This document shows positions 7,876 to 17,042 of a stretch of 32,000 bases of DNA, piece after piece. The DNA is from Pseudodesulfovibrio mercurii. GTDB taxonomy: Bacteria > Desulfobacterota > Desulfovibrionia > Desulfovibrionales > Desulfovibrionaceae. The DNA lies in NCBI RefSeq assembly GCF_000189295.2, contig NC_016803.1, positions 3,630,001 through 3,662,000 of the forward strand. Reading direction: 5' to 3'. Below the pieces are notes generated by a model. That model made no database searches. It was not told the DNA's origin and saw only the letters and a program-made list of their open reading frames with translations. The position numbers and the translations under genes are program-made. Within the stretch, counting starts at the first letter, position 1. Each line of letters opens with the position of its first letter.

Positions 7876-7913
7876 AAAAACGGCGGGCCGCGACGCATGG
7901 TCGCGGCCCGCCG
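7876..7913 (-). terminator. Rho-independent terminator of icd
   Basis: 14-bp stem cggcgggccgcgac / gtcgcggcccgccg (7881..7894 and 7900..7913), loop gcatg. It is followed on the minus strand by TTTTT (plus-strand aaaaa at 7876..7880). Confidence 0.85.
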
Positions 7914-7934
7914 GGACGTTCGGGAAAGCGGGGG

Positions 7935-9077
<1,143 letters not shown>

Positions 9078-9233
9078 TGTATCCTCCTGGGCATGTGGTC
9101 GGGACGGTTGCAAAATGAAGAAGCGGACTATGACGTTTATTCGGCCGGATTGCAAGCGCCGGGCCGGGGAAATGGCGTACCGGCGCGGTTTTCGGCCCTG
9201 AACATGACGAAATGACGGACAATCGGAGATATC

Positions 9234-9965
9234 GTGCAGGCTGAACTGGAGATGGTCAAGGCGTTGCTGGGCGGCGACCGGCGGGTGGTCGTGCTGACCG
9301 GGGCGGGGGTGTCCGCCGAGAGCGGGGTGCCCACCTTCCGGGGCCGCGACGGGCTGTGGAAGCACCACCGGGCCGAGGACCTGGCCCGGCCGGACGCCTT
9401 TGCCGCGCACCCGGAGCTGGTCTGGGAATTCTACAACTGGCGGCGCAGGCTGGTGGGGAACTGCTACCCCAACGCGGCGCACCTGGCGTTGGCGGCCATG
9501 GAACGCCAGATGCCGAATTTTCTTCTGATCACCCAGAACGTGGACGGGCTGCACGCCCGCGCGGGCAGCCGCAAGGTGCTCGAGATGCACGGTTCCCTGT
9601 GGCAGCTGTGCTGCACGGTCTGCTCCCACGCGCGGGAGGACTTCTCCGAGCTGCCGGACCTGCCGGACTGCCCGGTCTGCGGCCATCTGCTGCGGCCCGG
9701 CGTGGTCTGGTTCGGCGAACCGCTCGTGCCCGGCGTGCTCAAGCTGGCCATAGAGGCCGTGGCCAAGGCGGACGTGTTCCTGTCGGTGGGCACCTCGAAT
9801 CTGGTCCAGCCCGCCGCGTCGTTCTACCAACTGGCCAAGGACCATGGGGCCGTGACCGTGGAGGTCAATATGGAGCCGACCCCGAACACCGGGTTCATGG
9901 ACTTCGCCCTGCACGGCCCGGCCGGAGACATCCTGCCCGAGCTGGCGGGCGGGCTGGCCGGGTGA
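9234..9965 (+). CDS. cobB: Sir2-family NAD-dependent protein deacylase (243 aa)
   Basis: Motifs seen are GAGVSAESGVPTFRG, QNVDGLH and the Zn ribbon CxxC...CPxC (CTVC...CPVC). GTG start with SD ggaga upstream. Confidence 0.92.
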   Translation: MQAELEMVKALLGGDRRVVVLTGAGVSAESGVPTFRGRDGLWKHHRAEDLARPDAFAAHPELVWEFYNWRRRLVGNCYPNAAHLALAAMERQMPNFLLITQNVDGLHARAGSRKVLEMHGSLWQLCCTVCSHAREDFSELPDLPDCPVCGHLLRPGVVWFGEPLVPGVLKLAIEAVAKADVFLSVGTSNLVQPAASFYQLAKDHGAVTVEVNMEPTPNTGFMDFALHGPAGDILPELAGGLAG

Positions 9966-9968
9966 GCC

Positions 9969-10463
9969 ATGGCCGCCGACATCATCTATGAATTGCTGAC
10001 GCCCGAACGGGAGGAGCAGGCCCGCGATCTGGTGCGCGAGGTCTTCGCCGCCTTCGTCGCCCCCGGCTTTTCCTCGACCGGGCGCATCGCCTTCGAGGCG
10101 TTCCTGTGCCGGTCCTCTTTTTCCCGCAGATCGGGCAGGGGATTCGCCCTTGCCGCCCGGCGGGCCGGGGGGATCGTCGGCGTCATCGACGTGGCGGACG
10201 GCGGCCACGTGGCCCTGTTCTTCGTCTCCGGTGAGCACCGGGGGCGCGGGGTGGGCCGGACGCTCATGCGGCTGGCCGGGGAGCGCTGCCTGCGGGACCT
10301 CCCTACACCCGGCCGGATGACGGTCAATGCCTCGCCGGGATCGGTCGGGGCCTACGCCGCCATGGGGTTCGTCCCGGCGGGCGGCGAGGAGGAGCGCGAC
10401 GGCATCCGCTTCGTGCCCATGGTCCTCGCCCTGGACGAGCCGGAAAAGCCCGCCGCGCCTTGA
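9969..10463 (+). CDS. GNAT-family N-acetyltransferase (164 aa)
   Basis: The acetyl-CoA binding motif HRGRGVGRTLM (R/Q-x-x-G-x-G/A) is present. The ATG is 3 nt after the cobB stop (tgagccATG), consistent with co-transcription and coupling. Confidence 0.85.
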   Translation: MAADIIYELLTPEREEQARDLVREVFAAFVAPGFSSTGRIAFEAFLCRSSFSRRSGRGFALAARRAGGIVGVIDVADGGHVALFFVSGEHRGRGVGRTLMRLAGERCLRDLPTPGRMTVNASPGSVGAYAAMGFVPAGGEEERDGIRFVPMVLALDEPEKPAAP

Positions 10464-10491
10464 CGCGGATGTTCGAAAGAGCGTAATGGGT

Positions 10492-10521
10492 TTGTCTATG
10501 AATACACCCATATCATACAAT
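10492..10521 (+). promoter_or_regulatory. Candidate sigma70-type promoter in a short AT-rich patch
   Basis: TTGTCT (10492..10497), N18, TACAAT (10516..10521). It lies in the only AT-rich stretch between the GNAT gene and trpB2. Confidence 0.3.
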
Positions 10522-10641
10522 TACTTTTGTGGACGCGGGTGGCGTAACGTCAAGCGGCCCGATTCCTAGTCGCGCAATGAAGCGATCCGCTGCCGGTCCT
10601 GGCGGCGGCGTGCTTCCGCGCGCGGTTGGACATCGGAAATG

Positions 10642-10670
10642 CCGCCGGCTGCAACGCCGACGGTTTTTTT
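10642..10670 (+). terminator. Intrinsic-terminator-like hairpin plus T7 inside the trpB2 upstream region (attenuator, riboswitch platform or sRNA terminator)
   Basis: ccgccggc (10642..10649), loop tgcaac, gccgacgg (10656..10663) with one internal mismatch, then ttttttt (10664..10670). It lies 83 nt upstream of the trpB2 ATG and about 180 nt downstream of the GNAT stop. Confidence 0.5.
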
Positions 10671-10752
10671 CGTCAACCCGCAGGGGCCGGACGGGGAGCC
10701 GGGAAGCTTCCGCCCGCATCGGTCCCGATCGCGCAACCGTTCGGAGGAACAC

Positions 10753-12099
10753 ATGTCAGTGAAGAAGATTTTCCTGCCCCAGGACCAGATGCCCACCCAG
10801 TGGTACAACCCCATGCCGGACCTGCCCACGCCCATGGCCCCGCCCCTCAACCCGGAGACCATGGAGCCGCTGACCCCGGACATGCTCTCGCCCATCTTCC
10901 CCGACTCCCTCATCGCCCAGGAAATGAGCACGGACCGGTTCATCGACATCCCGGCCGAGGTCATGGACGTCTACCGGATCTGGCGGCCCTCGCCCCTGGT
11001 GCGCGCCGACCGGCTGGAACGGGCCATCGGGGCCAAGTGCAAGATATTCTACAAGGACGAGTCCGTGTCCCCGGCGGGTTCGCACAAACCCAACACCTCG
11101 GTGCCCCAGGCCTGGTACAACAAGACCGAGGGCGTGAAGCGGCTGGCCACCGAGACCGGCGCGGGCCAGTGGGGCACGGCCCTGTCCTTCGCCTGCGCCC
11201 AGTACGGCATGGAGTGCGTGGTCTACATGGTCCGGGTGTCCTACGACCAGAAGCCGTACCGCAAGATGATCATCAACACTTACGGCGGCACCATCTTCGC
11301 CTCGCCCTCGGACCAGACCCGCACGGGCCGCGAGATGCTGGCCAGGGACCCGGACTGCAAGGGATCGCTGGGGCTGGCCATCTCCGAGGCCGTGGAGGAC
11401 GCGGCCACCCACGACGACACCAAGTACGCCCTGGGCTCGGTGCTCAACCACGTGCTCATCCACCAGACCATCACCGGCCTGGAGGTCCAGAAGCAGCTGG
11501 CCATGATCGGCGAGAAGGCCACCCACTTGGTGGGCTGCGTGGGCGGCGGCTCCAACTTCGGCGGCCTGGTCCTGCCTTTCCTGCCGCAGAAGCTCGAGGG
11601 CGACCCGGTCAAGTTCATCGCGGTGGAGCCCAAGGCGTGCCCGACCCTGACCCGCGGCGAGTACCGCTACGACTTCGGCGACATGGCCCGGCTGACCCCG
11701 CTGGTCAAGATGCACACGCTGGGCCACGACTTCATGCCCGCGCCCATCCACGCGGGCGGGCTGCGCTACCACGGCGACGCGCCCATCCTGTGCAACATCG
11801 TCCACGAGGGGCTGTGCGACCCGGTGGCCTACTTCCAGACCGACTGTTTCGAGGCGGCCAAGCTGTTCATGCAGACCGAGGGCTTCCTGCCCGCGCCCGA
11901 GACCTCCCACGCCATCAAGGGGGCCATCGAGGCGGCCAAAACCGCCGGGCCGGACGACGTCATCGTCTTCCTGTACTCGGGCCACGGTATGCTCGACCTG
12001 GCCTCCTACGACGCCTTCAACCAGGGGCTCCTGACCAACTTCGAGCTGCCCCAGCGCGACATCGAGCAGGCGCTCAAGTCCTGCCCGGTGGTCAAGTAG
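10753..12099 (+). CDS. trpB2: TrpB2-type tryptophan synthase beta-like PLP enzyme (448 aa), stand-alone
   Basis: SD ggagga is upstream of the ATG at 10753. The long N-terminal extension (WYNPMPDLP...) and the PLP-lysine context SPAGSHKPNT are typical of the TrpB2 subgroup. GGGSNFGG is present. No trpA or other trp genes are in the window. Confidence 0.9.
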   Translation: MSVKKIFLPQDQMPTQWYNPMPDLPTPMAPPLNPETMEPLTPDMLSPIFPDSLIAQEMSTDRFIDIPAEVMDVYRIWRPSPLVRADRLERAIGAKCKIFYKDESVSPAGSHKPNTSVPQAWYNKTEGVKRLATETGAGQWGTALSFACAQYGMECVVYMVRVSYDQKPYRKMIINTYGGTIFASPSDQTRTGREMLARDPDCKGSLGLAISEAVEDAATHDDTKYALGSVLNHVLIHQTITGLEVQKQLAMIGEKATHLVGCVGGGSNFGGLVLPFLPQKLEGDPVKFIAVEPKACPTLTRGEYRYDFGDMARLTPLVKMHTLGHDFMPAPIHAGGLRYHGDAPILCNIVHEGLCDPVAYFQTDCFEAAKLFMQTEGFLPAPETSHAIKGAIEAAKTAGPDDVIVFLYSGHGMLDLASYDAFNQGLLTNFELPQRDIEQALKSCPVVK

Positions 12100-12125
12100 C
12101 CCCCCCTCCGTCACCCCGCAGCACA

Positions 12126-12159
12126 CCCCCGGCCCGGAGTTCCGCGCCGGGGGTTTTTT
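12126..12159 (+). terminator. Rho-independent terminator of trpB2
   Basis: cccccggc (12126..12133) pairs with gccggggg (12146..12153), followed by tttttt. Confidence 0.8.
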
Positions 12160-12228
12160 CGCCTCCTTGCAACCGGGCTCCACCCCTGGTAATCATGGTC
12201 CCGTATTCATTGAGCAAGGAGACGAATT

Positions 12229-12696
12229 ATGCGGATCGTTTGGAAGAGAATCTGTTGCCTCGCCCTGGTCCTGGCCGCCCTGGCCGCCTTGGGCGGGTGC
12301 GGGACCCACGAGACCCAGACCATGAACGAGAGCGCCATCCGCCAGGCCCTGGTGGGCAAGACTTGGACCCTGCGCAGGGTCGTGGCCCGCGACTTCGACG
12401 AGGATCCGGCGCGGACCCTGAAGTTCAACGCCGACGGCACGGTGGAGGGGTTCGGCGGGTGCAACCACTTCACGGGCACCTACACCCTGACCGACGACTA
12501 CCTTGAGTTCGGCCCCCTGGCCTCCACCCGCAAGTCCTGCGGGCCGGGCATGGACGAGAAGGAGTACACCTTCCTGACCGTGCTGGCCAAGGTCCGCCGC
12601 CTGTCCATGGAGGACGGCTCGGACGAACTGATCCTGGAGACCGAGAGCCAGGGCGAGGTGGTCTTCACCTCCGGCGACTCCGGCCTGTTCTGGTAG
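12229..12696 (+). CDS. META-domain (HslJ-like) lipoprotein (155 aa)
   Basis: Signal peptide with lipobox LGGC. The META pattern GKTWTL...F..DG.V.GFGGCN.F.G.Y....L.FGP.A.T.K.C is present. SD aaggag upstream. Confidence 0.88.
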   Translation: MRIVWKRICCLALVLAALAALGGCGTHETQTMNESAIRQALVGKTWTLRRVVARDFDEDPARTLKFNADGTVEGFGGCNHFTGTYTLTDDYLEFGPLASTRKSCGPGMDEKEYTFLTVLAKVRRLSMEDGSDELILETESQGEVVFTSGDSGLFW

Positions 12697-12723
12697 CCGG
12701 ACCCGTTCCGGGAACGCACCGAC

Positions 12724-12757
12724 CGCCGGTTGCCCGCAAGGCGACCGGCGTTTTTTT
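12724..12757 (+). terminator. Rho-independent terminator
   Basis: cgccggttgcc pairs with ggcgaccggcg (one G-U pair), loop cgcaa, then ttttttt (12751..12757). Confidence 0.8.
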
Positions 12758-12768
12758 GTCCAGGGGAC

Positions 12769-13866
12769 CTACAGCGACCGCTTGAGCCGCATGATCCGGG
12801 CGAAGGACGCCTCGATGCGCGCTTTGGGGATGGTGCCGTCATCGACCATGGACCGGATCAGGGCGTGGACCTTTTCCACGATGTGCTCGTCGAAGGACAG
12901 GTTGTTGCCGAAGAGGAGGATGTCCGCCCCCGCCTCGATGGCCCGGCGCACGGCCTCCCGGCGGCCGTACTCGTCGGCGATGGCCCCCATGTCCATGTCG
13001 TCGGTGACGATCACGCCGTCAAAGCCGAGTTCGCCCCGCAGCAGGCCGGTGATGACCTTTTTCGACAGGGTGGCCGGATAGTCGGGGTCCAGGCGGGCGT
13101 TGAAGATGTGGGCGGTCATGACCATGTCCGCCCTGCCTGCCGCGATCAGCTCCCGGTAGGGGATGAGCTCGGCCCCGGACCAGGTGGCGGTCACGTCGGT
13201 CAGCCCCTTGTGCGAGTCGGTCCCGGCGGACCCGTGGCCGGGGAAGTGCTTCAGGCAGGAGAGCACGCGCGCCCGGTGCAGTTCGTCCATGAAGATTCCG
13301 GCGCACCGGGCCACCCGTTCGGGGTCGCTCGAAAAGCTGCGCCCGAGCCTGCCGATGGCCGGGCTGTCCGGGTCCACGTTGACGTCCACCACCGGGGCGA
13401 AGTTCAGGTTGAAGCCCACGGACGACAGGTCGGCCCCGACCACGACCCCGGCCTCGCGCACCGCGTCGTCGCTCCCGGCCCCGAGGTCCGCGGCGGACGG
13501 GGTCTCGCGAAAACCGTACCGGGCCTTGAGCCGCTGGACCTTGCCGCCCTCCTGGTCCACGGCCACCAGGAGCGGAATGTCGGCCCCCGCCTTGAGGTCC
13601 TTGACCAGCCTGCGGACCTGCTCCACGGACCGGATGTTGCGCTGTCCGGCACCCCAGAACATGTCGTAGTCGAACAGGATGACCCCGCCCAGGTGACGCT
13701 CGCGGATGTCGCGGACGATGGTCGAGCGTTGGTTCACGGTGAATCCCCGGAACCCGGCCAGGATCATCTGGCCGATCATGGTGTCCAGGTCCGCACCGTG
13801 GGCGAGGGCGGGGGCGGGGAGCAGGCAGCAGGCCAGCAGGAGCAGGGCGGCGAAACGGGTGCGCAT
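12769..13866 (-). CDS. nagZ: Glycoside hydrolase family 3 beta-N-acetylhexosaminidase (NagZ-like) with signal peptide (365 aa)
   Basis: Internal ATG at 13866 gives MRTRFAALLLLACCLLPAPALAHG (a signal peptide). GH3 motifs are VAVDQEGGKVQRL and KHFPGHG. The upstream 91 codons of the track ORF are antisense to the rhomboid gene region. Confidence 0.88.
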   Translation of the reverse strand: MRTRFAALLLLACCLLPAPALAHGADLDTMIGQMILAGFRGFTVNQRSTIVRDIRERHLGGVILFDYDMFWGAGQRNIRSVEQVRRLVKDLKAGADIPLLVAVDQEGGKVQRLKARYGFRETPSAADLGAGSDDAVREAGVVVGADLSSVGFNLNFAPVVDVNVDPDSPAIGRLGRSFSSDPERVARCAGIFMDELHRARVLSCLKHFPGHGSAGTDSHKGLTDVTATWSGAELIPYRELIAAGRADMVMTAHIFNARLDPDYPATLSKKVITGLLRGELGFDGVIVTDDMDMGAIADEYGRREAVRRAIEAGADILLFGNNLSFDEHIVEKVHALIRSMVDDGTIPKARIEASFARIMRLKRSL

Positions 13867-13980
13867 GGCGGGACTCTTCGGGGCTTGGAGGTTGCGGGTC
13901 CGGGCCAGCATAGGGCGGGCCGCCCCCCGGTGCAAGGGCGAAACCGTTTGCTCCGGGCCGGAATTGCTATACATTGGCGC

Positions 13981-15006
13981 ATGCCCGTTCACACCGCCCG
14001 TCCCGGCTTCTTCCGCCGCGTCCTGCGCCACGCCTGGATCGACCTCGTGCCCCTGGTGCGGGGCGAGGACGCCGATCCCCTGTCCCACCGGGAGGCCCAG
14101 CTGTGGTCCCTGATCCTGGCCTCGCGCCACGTGCCCCACCGGCTGCGGCGGCTGTCCGCCGAGCAGGGCTGGGGCTACGCGGTCACGGTCCAGGAGTGGT
14201 ACGCGGACCGGGCCGTGCAGGAGATCGACCTGTATTTCGAGGAGAACCGGCCGGAACTGGCCCGGGTGGCGCTGGCCGACCTTCGCCCCGTGGGCGGGCT
14301 GGAGCCGACCCTGTTCGGCCTAGCCCTGCTCATCCTCTTCTACTGGGCCTATTCGCGGACCTATCCGGGCCTGGGTCTGTACCCGGACCTGTGGGTCCGC
14401 CTGGGCAGCGCCGACGGCGGGGCCATCCTGTCCGGCCAGTGGTGGCGGCTGTGCACGGCCCTGACCCTGCACGCGGACGGCCCGCACGTGGCCGGGAACG
14501 CGGCCATCGGCGGGGTGTTCATCTGGCTGGCCGCGCGGCGGCTCGGCTCGGGCGCGGCCTGGCTGCTGACCGTGGTCTCCGGCATCCTCGGCAACCTGTT
14601 CAACACCCTGGTCCTGGGCATCCATCACGACGCAATCGGCTTTTCCACGGCCACCTTCGGTGCGGCCGGGCTGCTGGCCGGGATCGCCCCATTCGGCGTG
14701 GGCGGCGGCCTGCACGGATTGGGCAACGGCCCGTGGTTCCAACGTTTCCTGCGTTTTGTTCGGACCGCGCTCATCCCATTCGGCGCGGGGCTCGGGCTGC
14801 TGGCCATGCTCGGGGTCGGCGACGGCGAGGGCAACATCGACCTGGGGGCGCACCTCTTCGGCTTCCTCTCCGGGCTCGGGCTGGGCGCCCTCGTCGGGCT
14901 GGCCGCCACCCGCTTCGGCCTGCCCTCCAAGGAGACGGACTTCCGGCTTTACCTCGCGGCCCTGGGCCTGCCCTGTGCGGCCTGGGGCTGGGCCTGGCTG
15001 GCGTGA
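13981..15006 (+). CDS. Rhomboid-family intramembrane serine protease with a cytoplasmic N-terminal domain of about 120 aa (341 aa)
   Basis: Motifs seen are WWRLCTALTLHADGPHVAGN (H-x4-H-x2-N) and the catalytic GFSTATFGAAG (GxSxxxF), with multiple TM segments. The ATG at 13981 is in frame within the 758-aa artefactual ORF. Confidence 0.88.
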   Translation: MPVHTARPGFFRRVLRHAWIDLVPLVRGEDADPLSHREAQLWSLILASRHVPHRLRRLSAEQGWGYAVTVQEWYADRAVQEIDLYFEENRPELARVALADLRPVGGLEPTLFGLALLILFYWAYSRTYPGLGLYPDLWVRLGSADGGAILSGQWWRLCTALTLHADGPHVAGNAAIGGVFIWLAARRLGSGAAWLLTVVSGILGNLFNTLVLGIHHDAIGFSTATFGAAGLLAGIAPFGVGGGLHGLGNGPWFQRFLRFVRTALIPFGAGLGLLAMLGVGDGEGNIDLGAHLFGFLSGLGLGALVGLAATRFGLPSKETDFRLYLAALGLPCAAWGWAWLA

Positions 15007-15078
15007 TCTCAATGCTTGTGCTACGTTGCCTTGATCGATATGGATGTCCCTCCAACCCGTTTTCATCAGGAGTTTCAC

Positions 15079-15918
15079 GTGGCCGAGCCCGTTGTTGACA
15101 TACAGGGTCTGTACTACGCGCCGGGCGGTCTGCCGGTGCTGGAGAACGTCGATCTGCGCATCGAGCGGGGCGACTACCTGGCCGTGCTCGGGCCCAACGG
15201 CGGGGGCAAGTCCACCCTGCTCAAGCTCATGCTCGGCCTGATCCGACCCGACCGGGGCGCCATCCGCGTGCTCGGCCTGCCTCCGGGCGAGGCCGGGGGG
15301 CGCATCGGGTACCTGCCCCAGCACACCGTGGTGGCCGGCACCTTCCCCATCACCGTGCTCGAGGCGGTCTGCATGGGCACGGTCCGGCCCGGCTTCAAGG
15401 CCATGGCCGGGCGGCACTCCGGGACCGATCACGACAAGGCCCGCCGGGCACTCCGAAGGGTGGGCATGCTCGACTTCGAGAAACGCGGCCTGGCCCGGCT
15501 GTCCGGCGGCCAGAAACAGCGCGTGTTCATCGCCCGCGCCCTGGTGGACGACCCGGAACTGCTCCTGCTCGACGAGCCCACGGCCAGCGTGGACACGGCC
15601 AGCCGCATGTCCCTGTTCTCCCTGCTCAACGAGCTGAACCGGGACATGACCATCATCATGGTCAGCCACGACGTCTCGTTCCTGGCCTCGGGCGTCAAGT
15701 CCGTGGCCTGCGTCAATCACACCCTGCATTTCCACAACGCCCCGGAGATCACCGACGATATGTTCACCCTGACCTACGGCGGCACCGGGGACCACTGCTG
15801 CCCGGTGGAACTGGTCACCCACGGCCGCGTGCCGCACCGTGTGCTCGCCCCGCACGAGGGCGCGCTGGACGGCCCGGCCCCGGACGCCGAAGCGGCCGAC
15901 AAGGGAGGGGAGGCGTGA
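15079..15918 (+). CDS. znuC: Metal (Zn/Mn-type) ABC transporter ATP-binding protein (about 279 aa)
   Basis: Walker A is GPNGGGKST, the signature is LSGGQKQR and Walker B is LLLLDEP. GTG at 15079 has SD aggag 6 nt upstream; the alternative ATG at 15016 lacks an SD. The C-terminal tail contains His and Cys. Confidence 0.88.
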   Translation: MAEPVVDIQGLYYAPGGLPVLENVDLRIERGDYLAVLGPNGGGKSTLLKLMLGLIRPDRGAIRVLGLPPGEAGGRIGYLPQHTVVAGTFPITVLEAVCMGTVRPGFKAMAGRHSGTDHDKARRALRRVGMLDFEKRGLARLSGGQKQRVFIARALVDDPELLLLDEPTASVDTASRMSLFSLLNELNRDMTIIMVSHDVSFLASGVKSVACVNHTLHFHNAPEITDDMFTLTYGGTGDHCCPVELVTHGRVPHRVLAPHEGALDGPAPDAEAADKGGEA

Positions 15919-16718
15919 TGGACGTCCTGAGCTACGATTTCATGCAGAACGCCCTGGCCGCCGGGCTGCTCGCCAGCCTCATCTGCGGGGTCATCGGCAC
16001 CCTGGTGGTGGTCAACCGCATCGTCTTCATCTCCGGCGGCATCGCTCACGCCTCCTACGGCGGCGTGGGGCTGGCCTTCCTCCTCGGCCTGCCGGTCCTG
16101 CCCGTGACCGCCGCCTTCACCGTGTGCATGGCCCTGATCATGGCCCTGGTCACCCTGCACGCCCGCGAGCGCGTGGACACGGTCATCGGCGTCATCTGGG
16201 CCGCGGGCATGGCGCTGGGCATCATCCTGCTGGACTTCACCCCCGGCTACAACGTGGACCTCATGAGCTACCTGTTCGGCTCCATCCTGGCCGTGCCGCG
16301 CTCGGACCTCTGGCTCATGGCCGCCATGGCCGCCCTGGTCACCCTCCTGGTTCTCATCTTCTACCGGGGCTTCACGGTCATGAGCTTCGACGAGGAGTTC
16401 GCCCGGTCCCGCGGCGTGCCCGTCAATTTCCTGTACATCCTGCTCATCGTCATGGTCGGCCTGTGCGTGGTCATGATCATCCGCGTGGTCGGCCTCATCC
16501 TGGTCATCGCCCTGCTGACCATCCCGCCCTTCATCGCCGAAAGGCGGACCGGCTCCCTGCACGTCATGATGATCGTATCCACCATCCTGTCCTGCATTTT
16601 CACCGTCACCGGGCTGCTCTTCTCCTACGCCCTGGACATCACCTCGGGCGCGTCCATCATCGCCGTGGCCGCCATCGGCTTCTTCCTCTCCCTGCTCGTC
16701 CCGCAGAAAACCACCTAG
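15915..16718 (+). CDS. znuB: Metal ABC transporter permease (ZnuB/ABC-3 family, 267 aa)
   Basis: Multi-TM protein starting MMDVLSYDFMQNAL..., typical of ABC-3 permeases. The start overlaps the znuC stop (gtgatg). No periplasmic binding-protein gene is adjacent. Confidence 0.88.
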   Translation: MMDVLSYDFMQNALAAGLLASLICGVIGTLVVVNRIVFISGGIAHASYGGVGLAFLLGLPVLPVTAAFTVCMALIMALVTLHARERVDTVIGVIWAAGMALGIILLDFTPGYNVDLMSYLFGSILAVPRSDLWLMAAMAALVTLLVLIFYRGFTVMSFDEEFARSRGVPVNFLYILLIVMVGLCVVMIIRVVGLILVIALLTIPPFIAERRTGSLHVMMIVSTILSCIFTVTGLLFSYALDITSGASIIAVAAIGFFLSLLVPQKTT

Positions 16719-16742
16719 GGCGTAAGGGGCTGTTTTTTCCTA

Positions 16743-16758
16743 TGGAATGGCTTTTGCA
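16743..16758 (+). promoter_or_regulatory. Candidate sigma54 (-24/-12) promoter upstream of the Cys-rich small ORF
   Basis: TGGAAT-GGCTT-TTGCA, with GG and GC at the canonical spacing and a perfect -12 TTGCA. It lies 61 nt upstream of the ATG at 16819. Confidence 0.4.
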
Positions 16759-16818
16759 AATTATCCCCGGCCGGTGTACATCTTTTCCTGACCCGAGGCC
16801 CGACAAACAACCGGGCGC

Positions 16819-17031
16819 ATGACCATGGAATACAAGGAACAGCTCAAACAGAAAGGATACACCCGGTACCGGGGCGCCGTGGACGCCTCGGTGTACGAGT
16901 ACTTCAACTGCGATTGCTCGTGGAAGGCCCAGTGGTACCTGAAAAAGGGCCACTACCGCTGCTGCGGCTGCAAGGAGCGGTGCGAAACCCGCGACCCCGA
17001 AGGGTTCCAGCTCTTCCTCGACCTGGGATAA
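16819..17031 (+). CDS. Small cysteine-rich protein (70 aa), unknown function
   Basis: Strong G/C third-position bias throughout. Seven Cys are present, in NCDCSW...HYRCCGCKERCE. No clear SD. The next gene starts 11 nt after its stop. Confidence 0.65.
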   Translation: MTMEYKEQLKQKGYTRYRGAVDASVYEYFNCDCSWKAQWYLKKGHYRCCGCKERCETRDPEGFQLFLDLG

Positions 17032-17042
17032 AAGGAAGGACA

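Noticed and set aside
9090-9110. Sigma54-like TGGTCGGGACGGTTGCA on the plus strand upstream of cobB
   Set aside because: GG and GC are separated by 11 nt rather than 10, and sigma54 spacing is strict.
9151-9166. Sigma54-like match CGGCCC-GGCGC-TTGCA on the minus strand upstream of icd
   Set aside because: The spacing is correct and the -12 element is perfect. However, the -24 element lacks the conserved A (GGCCC) and the target is a housekeeping TCA-cycle gene. GG-N10-GC patterns arise easily in GC-rich DNA. It is left unresolved rather than called, and it shows that the other sigma54 calls need conservation checks.
10528-10560. T-box leader or Trp leader peptide upstream of trpB2
   Set aside because: GGGTGG occurs but is not followed by the TACCGCG-like T-box sequence, and it lies about 100 nt before the terminator rather than within an antiterminator. 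No short ORF with tandem Trp codons was found.
12730-15006. 758-aa ORF on the plus strand
   Set aside because: The first 417 codons are antisense to the GH3 gene. A real protein (the rhomboid) begins at the ATG at 13981.
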